64,000 nt of DNA from an uncultured Prevotellaceae bacterium (GCA_963769405.1 CAVYLQ010000009.1:161905-225904), one strand, 5' to 3'. Shown: positions 50,125-61,244, counted from the stretch's first letter. The notes: generated by a model not told the origin, from the sequence alone. Translations and numbers: made by a program.

Positions 50125-50448
50125 AATCAAATTCCATTATGCTACAAACATTAAAGGCAAAAAAGTGATTTAAAAAGGATTATATTTAACTTTTATATAC
50201 ATACAAAAGGTACAAACTACCTAAAATTAACAATTAATCAACATATTCGTACCACTATATTAGTACACTATCTGAACAAAAAGCGTAAAACTGATAAGGA
50301 AATATTCTATTTACCATACAGAAATAAAGACTATTTATAATTATTTCAGACTCACCATTCTAAACATCGATTACAAATACAACAAACATTCATTCCAGCC
50401 CTATTCACGACAAAATGGCAAATCTTCGCTATATTTCCCATCACAAGG

Positions 50449-50480
50449 TTTGTTTTTTAATGATTTTTCATTTACCTTTG
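50449..50480 (+). promoter_or_regulatory. Bacteroidetes housekeeping promoter for uracil permease
   Basis: TTTG (50449-50452), 20-nt spacer, TACCTTTG (50473-50480). Confidence 0.7.
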
Positions 50481-50545
50481 CAAAATAAAAGGACAGCTTA
50501 TTCCTTAAACAGCCTTTTATAACAGAAATAAAACTAATATAACAA

Positions 50546-51760
50546 ATGGAAAATATGTCTTTGTCGACTGGCCGGAAAACAATTGTAGGAGTTCAATTTC
50601 TCTTCGTTGCTTTTGGCGCCACAGTTCTTGTGCCACTTCTTGTCGGACTTGATCCTGCTACAGCCTTGTTTACTGCCGGTCTGGGAACTTTCATCTTTCA
50701 TCTCGTTACAAAAGGGAAAGTACCAATATTTCTAGGAAGCAGTTTTGCCTTCATTGCTCCAATCATACAGGCCAGTAAGCAATGGGGCATGGCCGGAACG
50801 TTAGCCGGTATCGTTGGAGTATCACTGGTCTACTTTATCACAAGTGCCCTTATCAAATGGCAGGGCAAAAAATTTCTTGACCGCATATTCCCCCCTGTCG
50901 TCATCGGCCCTATCATTATCCTTATAGGTCTGTCTTTATCCTCTTCTGCTGTTGATATGGCTAAGGAAAACTGGGCACTGGCTTTTATTTCGCTTATCAC
51001 CGCCATCTGTATACTCTCGCTGGGTAAAGGGATGCTGAAACTAGTACCTATTGTATGTGGTATCGCCGCAGGATATATAGCAGCTATATGTATAGGAGCA
51101 GTAGACTTCTCCGGTATAGAAAAAGCAGCATGGTTTGCTTTGCCTGGATCCATAGCCCATTTCCATCTGCCGGAATTTTCATGGCAACCAATCGTGTTCA
51201 TGATGCCTGTAGCCATTGCACCAGTGATAGAACATATCGGTGATGTATATGTGGTCAGTTCTGTTGCAGGAAAAGACTTTGTAAAAGATCCCGGACTCCA
51301 TCGCACGATGCTTGGTGATGGTATAGCTTGTCTGGCTGCCGCTTTTCTGGGAGGCCCTCCTGTCACCACTTATTCAGAAGTCACCGGTGCAATGCAGATT
51401 ACAAAAGTAAAAGATCCAATGGTAATACGTATTGCTGCCGGCACGGCCATCGTCTTCTCTGTCATTGGTAAACTGAGTGCCTTACTACAGTCTATACCCC
51501 GTGCTGTTCTGGGCGGCATCATGCTACTGCTCTTCGGTTCTATCGCCAGTATCGGCGTACAGAACCTGATCCAACATAAAGTAGACCTCAGCGAGACTCG
51601 AAATATCATTATCGTATCCGTAACCCTGACGATGGGAATAGGAGGTGCAGTTTTGCAGTTCGGCAACTTCACCATGAGTGGTATCGGCCTTTCAGCCATT
51701 ATTGGCGTTGTCACTAATCTCCTTCTTCCTCAAACAAAGAAGCCTGAAAAAAAAGAATAA
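50546..51760 (+). CDS. uraA: Uracil/xanthine permease (NCS2 family)
   Basis: QFLFVAFGATVLVP, PIFLGSSFAFI, EHIGD, GGPPVTTYSEVTG, GGIMLLLFG. Confidence 0.9.
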   Translation: MENMSLSTGRKTIVGVQFLFVAFGATVLVPLLVGLDPATALFTAGLGTFIFHLVTKGKVPIFLGSSFAFIAPIIQASKQWGMAGTLAGIVGVSLVYFITSALIKWQGKKFLDRIFPPVVIGPIIILIGLSLSSSAVDMAKENWALAFISLITAICILSLGKGMLKLVPIVCGIAAGYIAAICIGAVDFSGIEKAAWFALPGSIAHFHLPEFSWQPIVFMMPVAIAPVIEHIGDVYVVSSVAGKDFVKDPGLHRTMLGDGIACLAAAFLGGPPVTTYSEVTGAMQITKVKDPMVIRIAAGTAIVFSVIGKLSALLQSIPRAVLGGIMLLLFGSIASIGVQNLIQHKVDLSETRNIIIVSVTLTMGIGGAVLQFGNFTMSGIGLSAIIGVVTNLLLPQTKKPEKKE

Positions 51761-51768
51761 AGGACTTT

Positions 51769-52671
51769 TTATTTCTTTCCCTTTTCAAATTCATCCAGTT
51801 TGCGATTCATTTCATCTTTCCCAAACTGAATGATCTCTTCTCCCTTATCAAAATCCAAAAGGCCAAAACGGTCCATAGGAATATCCACACACAAGTCAGG
51901 CGGAATCAACCTTATCGCCATTTGTGCATTGGCCTGTACAGAGAGGTTAGCCACTCGTATAGCTATATTCATAGCATTCTCGGAAAGATCATTATTATGG
52001 AAGGGAAGACTGTCCAGGAACTTACCGAATTTCCCTTCCCGCGGTTTCTTCAACTTAGGTACAAAAGCAGGAGCAAACCTTCTGTCTGGTGCCGAAGCAT
52101 TAACGGCAAAAAGCCAGTCACCTTTTTTCCTTGCCACCCTATCTAGCGGCAATGTATTATGAACGCCCCCATCGACATAAATGTGACGATGATACTTTAC
52201 CGGTTTGAAAAAACAAGGGATAGAAATGCTGGCCCTCATAGCCATCTTCAATGAGCCTTCACGAAATACCGTCTCTTTGCCACTTACCAAGTCAGAAGCT
52301 GAACAACAAAAGTTTACCGGCAGGTCTTCTATTTTCTTATCACCAACCAATTGGTTGAAAACAGTCAGGAGTTTCTCTCCTGACATGAGATGACTTAGTC
52401 CGATAGAGACATCCATAAGTGACAGGACTTCTTTCTTGTTGAGTTTCAATACAATCTCCTTAACTTCCTTCATCTTACCAGCAGCCCACAATCCTCCTAT
52501 CAAGGCTCCTATAGAGGTTCCAGCTACAGAATGAATTACATAACCCCTTTCCTCAAGGGCATCTATCGCACCAATATGTGCAAATCCTCTGGCACCTCCA
52601 CCTCCCAGAACAAGTGCCACATCACGACTCTTTCCCGGTAGAATCAGCCGTTTTATTCTTTCAAATATATT
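51769..52671 (-). CDS. Patatin-like phospholipase
   Basis: LVLGGGGARGFAHIG, GTSIG (GxSxG), ASISIP, YVDGG. ATG 52671 preferred to 52704. Confidence 0.9.
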   Translation of the reverse strand, partial: NIFERIKRLILPGKSRDVALVLGGGGARGFAHIGAIDALEERGYVIHSVAGTSIGALIGGLWAAGKMKEVKEIVLKLNKKEVLSLMDVSIGLSHLMSGEKLLTVFNQLVGDKKIEDLPVNFCCSASDLVSGKETVFREGSLKMAMRASISIPCFFKPVKYHRHIYVDGGVHNTLPLDRVARKKGDWLFAVNASAPDRRFAPAFVPKLKKPREGKFGKFLDSLPFHNNDLSENAMNIAIRVANLSVQANAQMAIRLIPPDLCVDIPMDRFGLLDFDKGEEIIQFGKDEMNRKLDEFEKGKK

Positions 52672-52739
52672 CATTTTATTATTGATAATTATGGATTCAC
52701 ACATTGATACTGAAAACTTTCAGCAGCATGGCAACCTAC

Positions 52740-53429
52740 TCAACCTAAAATCCATTGGATGCCCTTGGCTATACGCCAGTCCGACTGCATATAATGGTTA
52801 CCGTTATTAAGTTGAAAAACCGTTTTTACATTCTGTTTCTGATAATATTCACAAAGCCATCGGGTATTATCCTCAACCTTAGAATACAATGCTTTTCGAG
52901 TCTTCGACTCCTGGTCGCCCAAGGAGAAATAGATAGCTTCAGGAAAGCGTATAGGCTTATGGAATCTGATATAATCCATAAAACCAGGATACCAGAAAGA
53001 CCCGGAGCCCGATACGATCCCATCAAAACAATCCGTATGATATATGGACCACAAAGCAAAAAGACCGACAAGCGAATATCCTGCAAGATAACGGCGGCTC
53101 ACCTGTACCTGTGTTTCTACCTGAGGGATAACCTTCATAAGCAACACATCCAACCATTCCCCAGCCCTCCCAATAATAGATTCCTCATGAAGAGGCTCAC
53201 CATTCATTGTCCAGGGTGCCATATCCTCATCCCAATTGAGGCCACTGATTTCAACAAGAATAAACTGACGGGTACCGATCCTGTTACATTGCTGCCACAC
53301 CCTCTCTCCTTCATGACAAAAGGTATGTAGGTAAACTATGGGCAAAGGTTTGTCCATAGCTCCAAAGAGAGTAATATTCTTTCCATCTATTTCAAACACC
53401 AGATGCAAAGATAGAAAAAAAAATAGCAT
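52740..53429 (-). CDS. Alpha/beta hydrolase (putative esterase family); true start probably about 53400 or downstream
   Basis: LAGYSLVG (GxSxG), SGSGSFWY, YFSLGDQE, GNHY. A TATCTTTG promoter box lies inside the 5' part of the track ORF. Confidence 0.8.
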   Translation of the reverse strand: MLFFFLSLHLVFEIDGKNITLFGAMDKPLPIVYLHTFCHEGERVWQQCNRIGTRQFILVEISGLNWDEDMAPWTMNGEPLHEESIIGRAGEWLDVLLMKVIPQVETQVQVSRRYLAGYSLVGLFALWSIYHTDCFDGIVSGSGSFWYPGFMDYIRFHKPIRFPEAIYFSLGDQESKTRKALYSKVEDNTRWLCEYYQKQNVKTVFQLNNGNHYMQSDWRIAKGIQWILG

Positions 53430-53473
53430 GTAAGAAAAACCTACACGCTATTTTTATAAACTTCAAACTAAAG

Positions 53474-56299
53474 TTACTTAACAGGAGTCATCAGCACCTC
53501 TACCTTATTACCAGAAGAGAGAATGACTTTTTTGATAAAACTGGAAATCTTTTCCGGAGTCAAAGCATTTACAAGAGCCTTGTAATTTGTCTGCACATCC
53601 TGTCCGAACTCATTGTACTGATAGAGCACATTGAGCCAGTGGTTATTCTTACGGACATCTTCGTCAGCTTGCTTCAACATGAATTCCTTCACCTTCTGCA
53701 CATCAGCGGGATCAACTTTTTCAGAGGCATCCTTTACTCCTTTCATCATCAGATCATAAGCCAGCTGAGTCTTGGCCGGATCCATAGGACATCCTGCAAA
53801 GAGTACATAGTAAGCCTTATTATCCAAAGTGTTCTGAGAAAAGCCCTGTGCACCTACTGAATAAGCAGCACTGTTATCCTCACGGATAGAGCGGAGCAAT
53901 GCCATATCGAGTACTTGACCGGCAGCATCTACTGTAATTTCATCTGAAAGATCATCCTTGTTCAACTTAGAGGTCCAGAAAGCATAGAGCTGTGCCTTTG
54001 GTGTTTCCATCTTACGGGAGAAATGATCCTTGTAATTGCCCATTGTAAGGGTCAGAATCTCTTTGCCCGGATTGACTTTTGCTTTCGTTTCGGCAGGAAG
54101 TGAGGCGATATACTGCTCAATATATTCGCGCAACTTTGTCTCATCAAAGTTGCCGGAAAAATAAAAGGTAAACTTACTGGCATCAACTGTTAGTTGTTTT
54201 GCCATGGCCAATATACGATCATAGTTGGCTTTACTTAGATCTGTTACATTAGGCGATGCAAAACGAGGGTTATGAGCATAGCGGTCCAGGTACAGAGAAT
54301 CACTGAAAACAGATTCAGGACGAAGGTCTTTGTTTTTCAAGGCAATCTCCATATTACTCATCAGAGAATGGTATGATTTTTCATCCTTCTTGATATTTGT
54401 AAAATAAAGATAAGTCATCTGCATCATTGTTTCCAGATCCTTAGGAGTAGCATTGCCAGTTACGGTGGTATGATAACGACCCAATGTCAGATTAGCATTG
54501 GCATTCTTACCGGCAAGTTCCTTCTGAAGTTCAGAGCTGGAAAAATCACCAATACCAGAATAACCGATAACGTCATCGAAAAACTTCAGATTGGCATAAT
54601 CACTGGCACCAAAGAGATTTGATCCCCCCTTAGCAGTAGCCTGCATCAGCACTTCATCATCCTTAAAATCAGTCTTCTTCAAGATAACTTTAGCACCATT
54701 GGAAAGATAAAGGGTTTTGAAACCTAACTTTTTATTCTCAGTTTCCTTCACAATCTTTCCCTTGACAGGCATCTTGGCAATCAGAGGTTCTTGCTTTACA
54801 TGGTCAACCCATGCAGCAGGTTTGGTATTGCGGGCTGCAGCAACAGCCTGTTTCATTTCATCAACAGCAACATAAGTTTTGCCTTCCTTCTCTTGAGCCT
54901 GTTCTATAACCACCAGGTTAGTATCACTATTAGAAATCAACTCCTTTGCCATCTCATTGACAGCTTCAAGAGGAATGCGAGGTATGACAGCATTGGCAAA
55001 CTTATACTGGGTGTCAATGCTAGGCATAGGCTCCTTGTTCAGATAATTTGCCACATACATACTATAGAAATAAGTATTGTCAGTCTTGTTCTTGTTGGTA
55101 TACAGTTTCTCTATACCACTAAGCAGTTCACTTTTGGCACGAGCATATTCTGTAGCCGTAAAACCATAATCCCGGGCACGCTGCAATTCCACCATCATAG
55201 ATTTCAGAGCTGCCATATCCTTGCCTTCCTTTGGAATGACTACAGCCTGAAAAGCATCCTTGGTCTTGCTGATCAAATATTCACCATCACCAGTATTTGC
55301 CTGAATGAAGGGACAACTATCATTCTGGGTAAGTTCAGAGAAACGGGAATTGAGCATATAAAACATCATATCCTTGACATAGTTTCGGACAAGATACATC
55401 ATACTGTTCTTCAGCGAGTCTGGTGTCGGATCACGTTTCATGAATACAGAAATCTCACTAAACTGCTGTTCCTTATCCTTATCCGTTACATAGATAGGAG
55501 TATTATTATCCGGTACCGGTTCGTCTATGACCTTAGCTGCATTAGCAGGAACAGTAACCCCCGACCAAAGTTTCTTGATTTCTGCTTCAACATGATCGAC
55601 ATTAACATTACCGACAACAATAATAGCCTGATTATCAGGACGATACCATTTATGGTAATAGTCACGAAGTTCCTTTGGCTTGAAATGGTCCACAATGCTC
55701 ATCAGCCCTATAGGCAGACGATAACCATATTTACTGTCCGGATAGAGCGTTGGAAGATACTTCTCTAAGAAGCGCATACTGGCATCACTGCGCATCTGCC
55801 ACTCTTGATGGATGACACCACGCTCTTTATCTATTTCCTTGGCATCAAGGGTAAGACCGTCTGACCAGTCCTTCAGGATTAGAAGGCAAGAATCCAGAGC
55901 TGTCATACGGGTAGTAGGAACATCACAGACACGATATACGGTCTGGTCAATACTGGTATATGCATTCAGATCGCTGCCGAATTCAACACCCAACGTACGC
56001 GTAAAGTCAATGATGCCATTGCCTTTAAAATGCTCTGAGCCATTGAAAGCCATGTGCTCAAGAAAATGTGCCAGACCACGCTGGTTATCATTCTCATTGA
56101 TGGAACCTACCCGTTGGGCAATGTAAAAATTGGCTACATTCTTAGGATACTCATTGTGACGTATGTAATAGGTAAGACCGTTACTCAGTTTTCCTACTCG
56201 TACATCCGGATCGACAGGTATTAACGGCATCTGCTGTGCCATCAAGTTTCCCATTGAAAGCAGCAACACCGCCGCTACAAAAAAACTTCTTAACTTCAT
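53474..56299 (-). CDS. Exported M16 family zinc peptidase (PqqL-like)
   Basis: Signal peptide; GLAHFLEHMAFNG (HxxEH); NAYTS; KERGVIHQEW; duplicated M16 halves. Confidence 0.93.
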   Translation of the reverse strand: MKLRSFFVAAVLLLSMGNLMAQQMPLIPVDPDVRVGKLSNGLTYYIRHNEYPKNVANFYIAQRVGSINENDNQRGLAHFLEHMAFNGSEHFKGNGIIDFTRTLGVEFGSDLNAYTSIDQTVYRVCDVPTTRMTALDSCLLILKDWSDGLTLDAKEIDKERGVIHQEWQMRSDASMRFLEKYLPTLYPDSKYGYRLPIGLMSIVDHFKPKELRDYYHKWYRPDNQAIIVVGNVNVDHVEAEIKKLWSGVTVPANAAKVIDEPVPDNNTPIYVTDKDKEQQFSEISVFMKRDPTPDSLKNSMMYLVRNYVKDMMFYMLNSRFSELTQNDSCPFIQANTGDGEYLISKTKDAFQAVVIPKEGKDMAALKSMMVELQRARDYGFTATEYARAKSELLSGIEKLYTNKNKTDNTYFYSMYVANYLNKEPMPSIDTQYKFANAVIPRIPLEAVNEMAKELISNSDTNLVVIEQAQEKEGKTYVAVDEMKQAVAAARNTKPAAWVDHVKQEPLIAKMPVKGKIVKETENKKLGFKTLYLSNGAKVILKKTDFKDDEVLMQATAKGGSNLFGASDYANLKFFDDVIGYSGIGDFSSSELQKELAGKNANANLTLGRYHTTVTGNATPKDLETMMQMTYLYFTNIKKDEKSYHSLMSNMEIALKNKDLRPESVFSDSLYLDRYAHNPRFASPNVTDLSKANYDRILAMAKQLTVDASKFTFYFSGNFDETKLREYIEQYIASLPAETKAKVNPGKEILTLTMGNYKDHFSRKMETPKAQLYAFWTSKLNKDDLSDEITVDAAGQVLDMALLRSIREDNSAAYSVGAQGFSQNTLDNKAYYVLFAGCPMDPAKTQLAYDLMMKGVKDASEKVDPADVQKVKEFMLKQADEDVRKNNHWLNVLYQYNEFGQDVQTNYKALVNALTPEKISSFIKKVILSSGNKVEVLMTPVK

Positions 56300-56790
56300 T
56301 GACGTTTTATTAATATTAGTATTAAATATACATTACTTTAACACATTCTCTCTTTTACCAATTACAAAAGTAAACATTTTATTACAAATATATATTCATT
56401 TGCTACTATTTAACATACTTCACACTATTGATTAATACTACATTGCAAGCATTAAAGGGGAAAAATGATCTAAAAGGGGCATTATCTAACTTTCATTTAC
56501 CTGTTGGCGAAATAAAACATGAAGGAAGAAACATGCCCAAGAAGTTGTACATATCTCTAATTTTTAGCGACTTATATCGTTTAGTTTTTAAGCTATACAT
56601 GATTAGTAATTACTAAACTATGATCTGATGATAGTTATATCACACTAGTGCACATATTTACATACATCACAACATAGTCAACCGTTCCCTTGCCAAGATA
56701 TATATCTGCACCAACACAATGTATACCATATAGGATAATAACAGTATCAACAGTTGTCAATACAACATAATAATCACAAAGAAGGAAAAT

Positions 56791-57453
56791 TTACCAGTCT
56801 ATCTCTTTGATACCTCTTTCACGCAAAAAGGCATTAGCCTTACTAAAATGCTTACAACCAAAGAATCCTCGATCTGCCGATCGTGGTGAAGGGTGAGCAG
56901 CCATTAACACAAGATGCTTATGAGTATCAATAAGCGGTATCTTTGCCTTCGCATAAGCTCCCCATAACATGAATACCAGATTTTCACGTTCATCACTCAA
57001 CTTCCGTATTACAGCATCCGTAAAAGTCTCCCACCCTTTATTACGATGCGAGCCAGTTTCGTAAGCACGCACAGTGAGAACAGAGTTCATCAGAAACACA
57101 CCTTGAGCTACCCACCGATCAAGATTGCCGGAAACAGGAATCGGTTTACCCAAATCTTGATGTATTTCTTGAAATATATTTGTTAAGGAACCAGGAACAG
57201 GAACCCCTTCAGGTACAGAAAAACATACTCCGTAATATTGTCCTGGGGTAGGATAAGGATCCTGCCCTAAAATCACGACCTTCACTTTTTCGAATGGGCA
57301 GACATCAAATATATGAAAAACGAAATGTCCTGGCGGAAGTACATGGTATCTTGTATACTCTTTTTTGACAAATGCAACTAAGTTTCCAAAATATGGTTTA
57401 TCGAATTCTTCTTGTAAACGCGACCGCCAGCTTTCTTCTATTTTGACATTCAT
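56791..57453 (-). CDS. ung: Uracil-DNA glycosylase family 1
   Basis: VVILGQDPY, GVFLMNSVLTV, FMLWGAYA, HPSPRS. ATG 57453 preferred. Confidence 0.96.
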   Translation of the reverse strand: MNVKIEESWRSRLQEEFDKPYFGNLVAFVKKEYTRYHVLPPGHFVFHIFDVCPFEKVKVVILGQDPYPTPGQYYGVCFSVPEGVPVPGSLTNIFQEIHQDLGKPIPVSGNLDRWVAQGVFLMNSVLTVRAYETGSHRNKGWETFTDAVIRKLSDERENLVFMLWGAYAKAKIPLIDTHKHLVLMAAHPSPRSADRGFFGCKHFSKANAFLRERGIKEIDW

Positions 57454-57842
57454 AAAAGCACAATTGTTCAATTTATCACAAAAATAAACATTATACCGCA
57501 TACCACCAAAAGACTAGGGTATTATACTCTAAAATCAAATCCTATTTAACTTTAATTTTAAACTCAATTCCCTAAAAGATATAAAACATACTGACACAAT
57601 AACAAATTAAAGCCATTTGGAATCAAACAGCACTTTTTCTTATTCCAAGCCCATATTATTAAAGGAGTTTAAGCATTTGTAAGTATTCATTTAGTTCTTT
57701 TAATCATATTTTCTTTTCAGTTTGTCCACAAAATCGTAATTTTGCGCTTAATTCCAAGTTTAAGATAAAAAGACAAATACCAAAAGTTCTAAAAAGCGGG
57801 GCCAAAGTGGTTAAAGCAAAATATAGATCTTAAAAGAAATTT

Positions 57843-60800
57843 ATGGGTAAACAGATTTTCCAAACAGAATCAAAATCACGTTGGATAAAATTTTTATGGA
57901 CATTTCGAGTGTTCGCTGTAATCATTATCCTGCTTGTCATCACTTTTATCACGATGTTCACTTTGGAAGGTTCACCAAAGATGCCTCTGATACGGGAATA
58001 TCGTCGGGCTTTGACCGCTGAAAAACCATTGATGAGATCGAACGAAATGTCAAAACAATATAAGACATTCCGTGATTTCTTCAAAGAAAAGAACATGCAC
58101 AATGACTATACGGCAGAAGCCATGAAACTGCACCGGTTTCACGTAAAAGCCGATAAAGCCACTGACCGGTATTTGCAGGAATGGGATAGCCCTGCATTAG
58201 GAATCCGTGCTGCATGGTATGTCAATTGGGATGCGCATTCATTTCAATCCCTCAAGCGTAATCTCAAGCATTTGAATATGATTATCCCCGAATGGTTTTT
58301 CATTAATCCCAAAACAGATTCTTTAGAAATACACATCGACAAGAAAGCACTCCACCTATTTCGTAAATCGGGTATTCCGGTATTGGCGATGCTCACCAAC
58401 AACTATGGTGAAAGTTTCCGGGCTAAACCTATCGGAAGAATCATCAACGATCCGAAAACCCGTAAACAATTTATCTATCGTCTCCTCAAGACTTGTCAAA
58501 GGTACCACTTTTCGGGCATCAACCTTGACCTTGAGGAACTGCAGATTAATGATAACACAAACCTTACCAACTTTGTGAAACAGATCTCATCTACATTCCA
58601 TGACAATAATCTTTTTGTTACTCAGGATATTGCTCCCAACAATGAAGACTATGATGTTGTAAATCTGGCAAAATATGACGATTATCTGTTCCTTATGGCC
58701 TACGATGAGCATAATTCAGGAAGTGCACCGGGAGCCATCAGTTCGCAGTTATGGGTAGAAAATGTCATGGATCAGGCTGCAAGATCTATTCCGAATGATA
58801 AGATTGTTCTCGGTCTTGCCGGTTATGGTTATGACTGGACAAAGGCTGATGGAGGTACAACTGTTTCATATAATGCTGCTATGGCCAGTGCTTCTGATGC
58901 AGGATCCGACATCAATTATGATGAAAACACCTACAACTTAAATTTCTCTTATGACGATGATGATAACCAATTACATCAGGTCTACTTCACTGATGCTGCC
59001 ACCTTATTCAATCTTATGCGTTTTGGAAATGAATATCCCACAGCTGGTTTCTGCCTCTGGAGATTAGGAACGGAAGATCAACGTATGTGGAATTTCTATG
59101 ACCATAATATGACACGTGCACATACGGTCAGATTTCCTTTCATCAAACTGGCGAAAATTCCGGGACTCTTTGACATTAATTACATGGGCAACGGAGAAAT
59201 ACTCAATGTAAAATCAGAACCCAAACCAGGAAAAGTCAAATTGTCCATTGATCGCCAGAACATGCTTATCTCCGGAGAAAAATACCTACAGATTCCGGAA
59301 TCGTATGAGATCGACAAAATCGGACATGCAAAGAAAAAACAACTTTTACTGACTTTCGATGACGGACCGGATTACAGATGGACTCCTACTATACTTCATA
59401 TCCTCAAGCATTATAATATCAAGGCTACTTTTTTCATGGTAGGACTACAGATGGAGAAAAATCTTCCCTTGGTAAAAGAAGTTTATGAAGCTGGACATAC
59501 CATCGGCAACCATACGTTTACTCACCCTGACGTGGCCATGAACTCAGCCCAACGAGCTTACACGGAACTTAAACTCACCCGTATGCTTCTGGAAAGCATT
59601 ACTGGGCAAAGTACTATTCTATTCCGTGCGCCTTACAATGCTGATGCAGATCCAACTACCCGTGATGAAATCGAGCCTATCATTTTAGCTTCACGTCGAA
59701 ATTACCTGTTCGTAGGAGAATCCATTGATCCTGATGACTGGCAACCTGGTATCACCACACAACAAATTTATGAACGTGTCATGAAGGGAGTCCACCAAGG
59801 CAATGGACATATCATCCTGATGCATGATGCAGGAGGCGAAACCCGTAAGCATACCATCCAAGCTCTGCCTCTCATCATTCATGAATTGAAAAAAGAAGGC
59901 TATCATTTTATTTCTATCGAGCAATATCTTGGGGAAAGCCGCGATAAGTTGATGCCACCAATAGAAAAAGGAAACACTTACTATGCCATGCAGTCCAATC
60001 TGGCCTTGGCAACTTTGATTTATGAGATAGGTGATTTTGTTACGGCACTATTGATCATCTTCCTCGTATTAGGACTTGTGCGATTGGTGGTTATGTATAT
60101 TCTGATGATCCGTGAGAAAAGGATAGAACACCATCGCAGTTACCCGGAAATTGATCAGGATACAGCCCCATTGGTTTCTATCATTGTTCCAGCTTACAAT
60201 GAGGAAGTGAACATTGTAGCTACTTTGAGTAATCTCCGCAGGCAAGACTATCCAAATTTTAATGTCATCTTCGTAGATGATGGTAGTAATGACCACACCC
60301 TGCAATGTGTCCAGGACAACTTCAGCAATGATCATAAAATTAAGATTATCCATCAAGAAAATGCAGGCAAGGCCTCAGCTCTCAACAATGGGATAAGTCA
60401 CACAGATTCAGAATATGTAGTTTGCATTGATGCTGATACACGTTTGCAACACGATGCTATTGGGATGATGATGAAACACATGTTAGCCGACAAAGACAAG
60501 AAAGTAGGTGCAGTAGCCGGTAACGTAAAAACCGGTAATACACGGAACATTCTGACGAAATGGCAGTCCATCGAATATACTACCAGTCAGAATTTTGACC
60601 GGATGGCTTATTCCAGTGTAAATGCGATTACCGTTGTTCCAGGAGCAATCGGTTGTTTCCGTCGTCAAGCTATTATCGATGCCGGAGGACTGACGACAGA
60701 CACCTTAGCCGAAGATTGCGATCTGACAATGCGTATCCTGGATGTGGGTTATATCATAGAAAATGAGAACAAGGCTGTAGCATTGACAGAAGCCCCAGAA

Positions 60801-61244
60801 ACAATCAAACAGTTTGTCAAGCAGCGTACTCGGTGGTGTTTCGGCGTATTACAGTCATTCTGGAAGCATCGGTCGGAGTTGTTTACGACAAGACATAAAG
60901 GACTGGGACTTTGGGCACTGCCAAATATGCTGGTATTCCAGTACATTATCCCGACCTTTTCACCTATTGCCGATATTCTGATGATCGTAGGACTGTTTAC
61001 CGGAAATTTCTGGCAGATATTCGGCTATTATTTACTCTTTCTGCTCATAGACGGCAGCGTTTCCTTTATGGCCTTCTTGTTTGAACATGAACGATTCAGA
61101 ACCCTGGTCTGGATTATTCCACAAAGATTTTTCTATCGCTGGATCATGTACTTTGTACTTTTCAAGACCTACCTCAAAGCCATTAAGGGTGAACTTCAAT
61201 CATGGGGAGTCCTTAAGCGTACAGGTGATGTAAGGGCTGAATGA
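57843..61244 (+). CDS. Trimodular GH18-like hydrolase / CE4 polysaccharide deacetylase / GT2 processive synthase
   Basis: GH18: GINLDLEE, LMAYDEH. CE4: LTFDDGP, HTFTH, FRAPY, LMHDAGG. GT2: VPAYNEE, VDDGS, IDADT, AED, QRTRW. TM segments separate the modules. Confidence 0.9.
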   Translation: MGKQIFQTESKSRWIKFLWTFRVFAVIIILLVITFITMFTLEGSPKMPLIREYRRALTAEKPLMRSNEMSKQYKTFRDFFKEKNMHNDYTAEAMKLHRFHVKADKATDRYLQEWDSPALGIRAAWYVNWDAHSFQSLKRNLKHLNMIIPEWFFINPKTDSLEIHIDKKALHLFRKSGIPVLAMLTNNYGESFRAKPIGRIINDPKTRKQFIYRLLKTCQRYHFSGINLDLEELQINDNTNLTNFVKQISSTFHDNNLFVTQDIAPNNEDYDVVNLAKYDDYLFLMAYDEHNSGSAPGAISSQLWVENVMDQAARSIPNDKIVLGLAGYGYDWTKADGGTTVSYNAAMASASDAGSDINYDENTYNLNFSYDDDDNQLHQVYFTDAATLFNLMRFGNEYPTAGFCLWRLGTEDQRMWNFYDHNMTRAHTVRFPFIKLAKIPGLFDINYMGNGEILNVKSEPKPGKVKLSIDRQNMLISGEKYLQIPESYEIDKIGHAKKKQLLLTFDDGPDYRWTPTILHILKHYNIKATFFMVGLQMEKNLPLVKEVYEAGHTIGNHTFTHPDVAMNSAQRAYTELKLTRMLLESITGQSTILFRAPYNADADPTTRDEIEPIILASRRNYLFVGESIDPDDWQPGITTQQIYERVMKGVHQGNGHIILMHDAGGETRKHTIQALPLIIHELKKEGYHFISIEQYLGESRDKLMPPIEKGNTYYAMQSNLALATLIYEIGDFVTALLIIFLVLGLVRLVVMYILMIREKRIEHHRSYPEIDQDTAPLVSIIVPAYNEEVNIVATLSNLRRQDYPNFNVIFVDDGSNDHTLQCVQDNFSNDHKIKIIHQENAGKASALNNGISHTDSEYVVCIDADTRLQHDAIGMMMKHMLADKDKKVGAVAGNVKTGNTRNILTKWQSIEYTTSQNFDRMAYSSVNAITVVPGAIGCFRRQAIIDAGGLTTDTLAEDCDLTMRILDVGYIIENENKAVALTEAPETIKQFVKQRTRWCFGVLQSFWKHRSELFTTRHKGLGLWALPNMLVFQYIIPTFSPIADILMIVGLFTGNFWQIFGYYLLFLLIDGSVSFMAFLFEHERFRTLVWIIPQRFFYRWIMYFVLFKTYLKAIKGELQSWGVLKRTGDVRAE

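Noticed and set aside
54791-55768. 325-aa plus-strand ORF
   Set aside because: Lies wholly antisense to the well-supported M16 peptidase and has no motif; a shadow ORF.
56300-56790. Small ORFs or ncRNA in the M16 peptidase-ung spacer
   Set aside because: Only short AT-rich ORFs without convincing starts or homology, and no stable structure seen.
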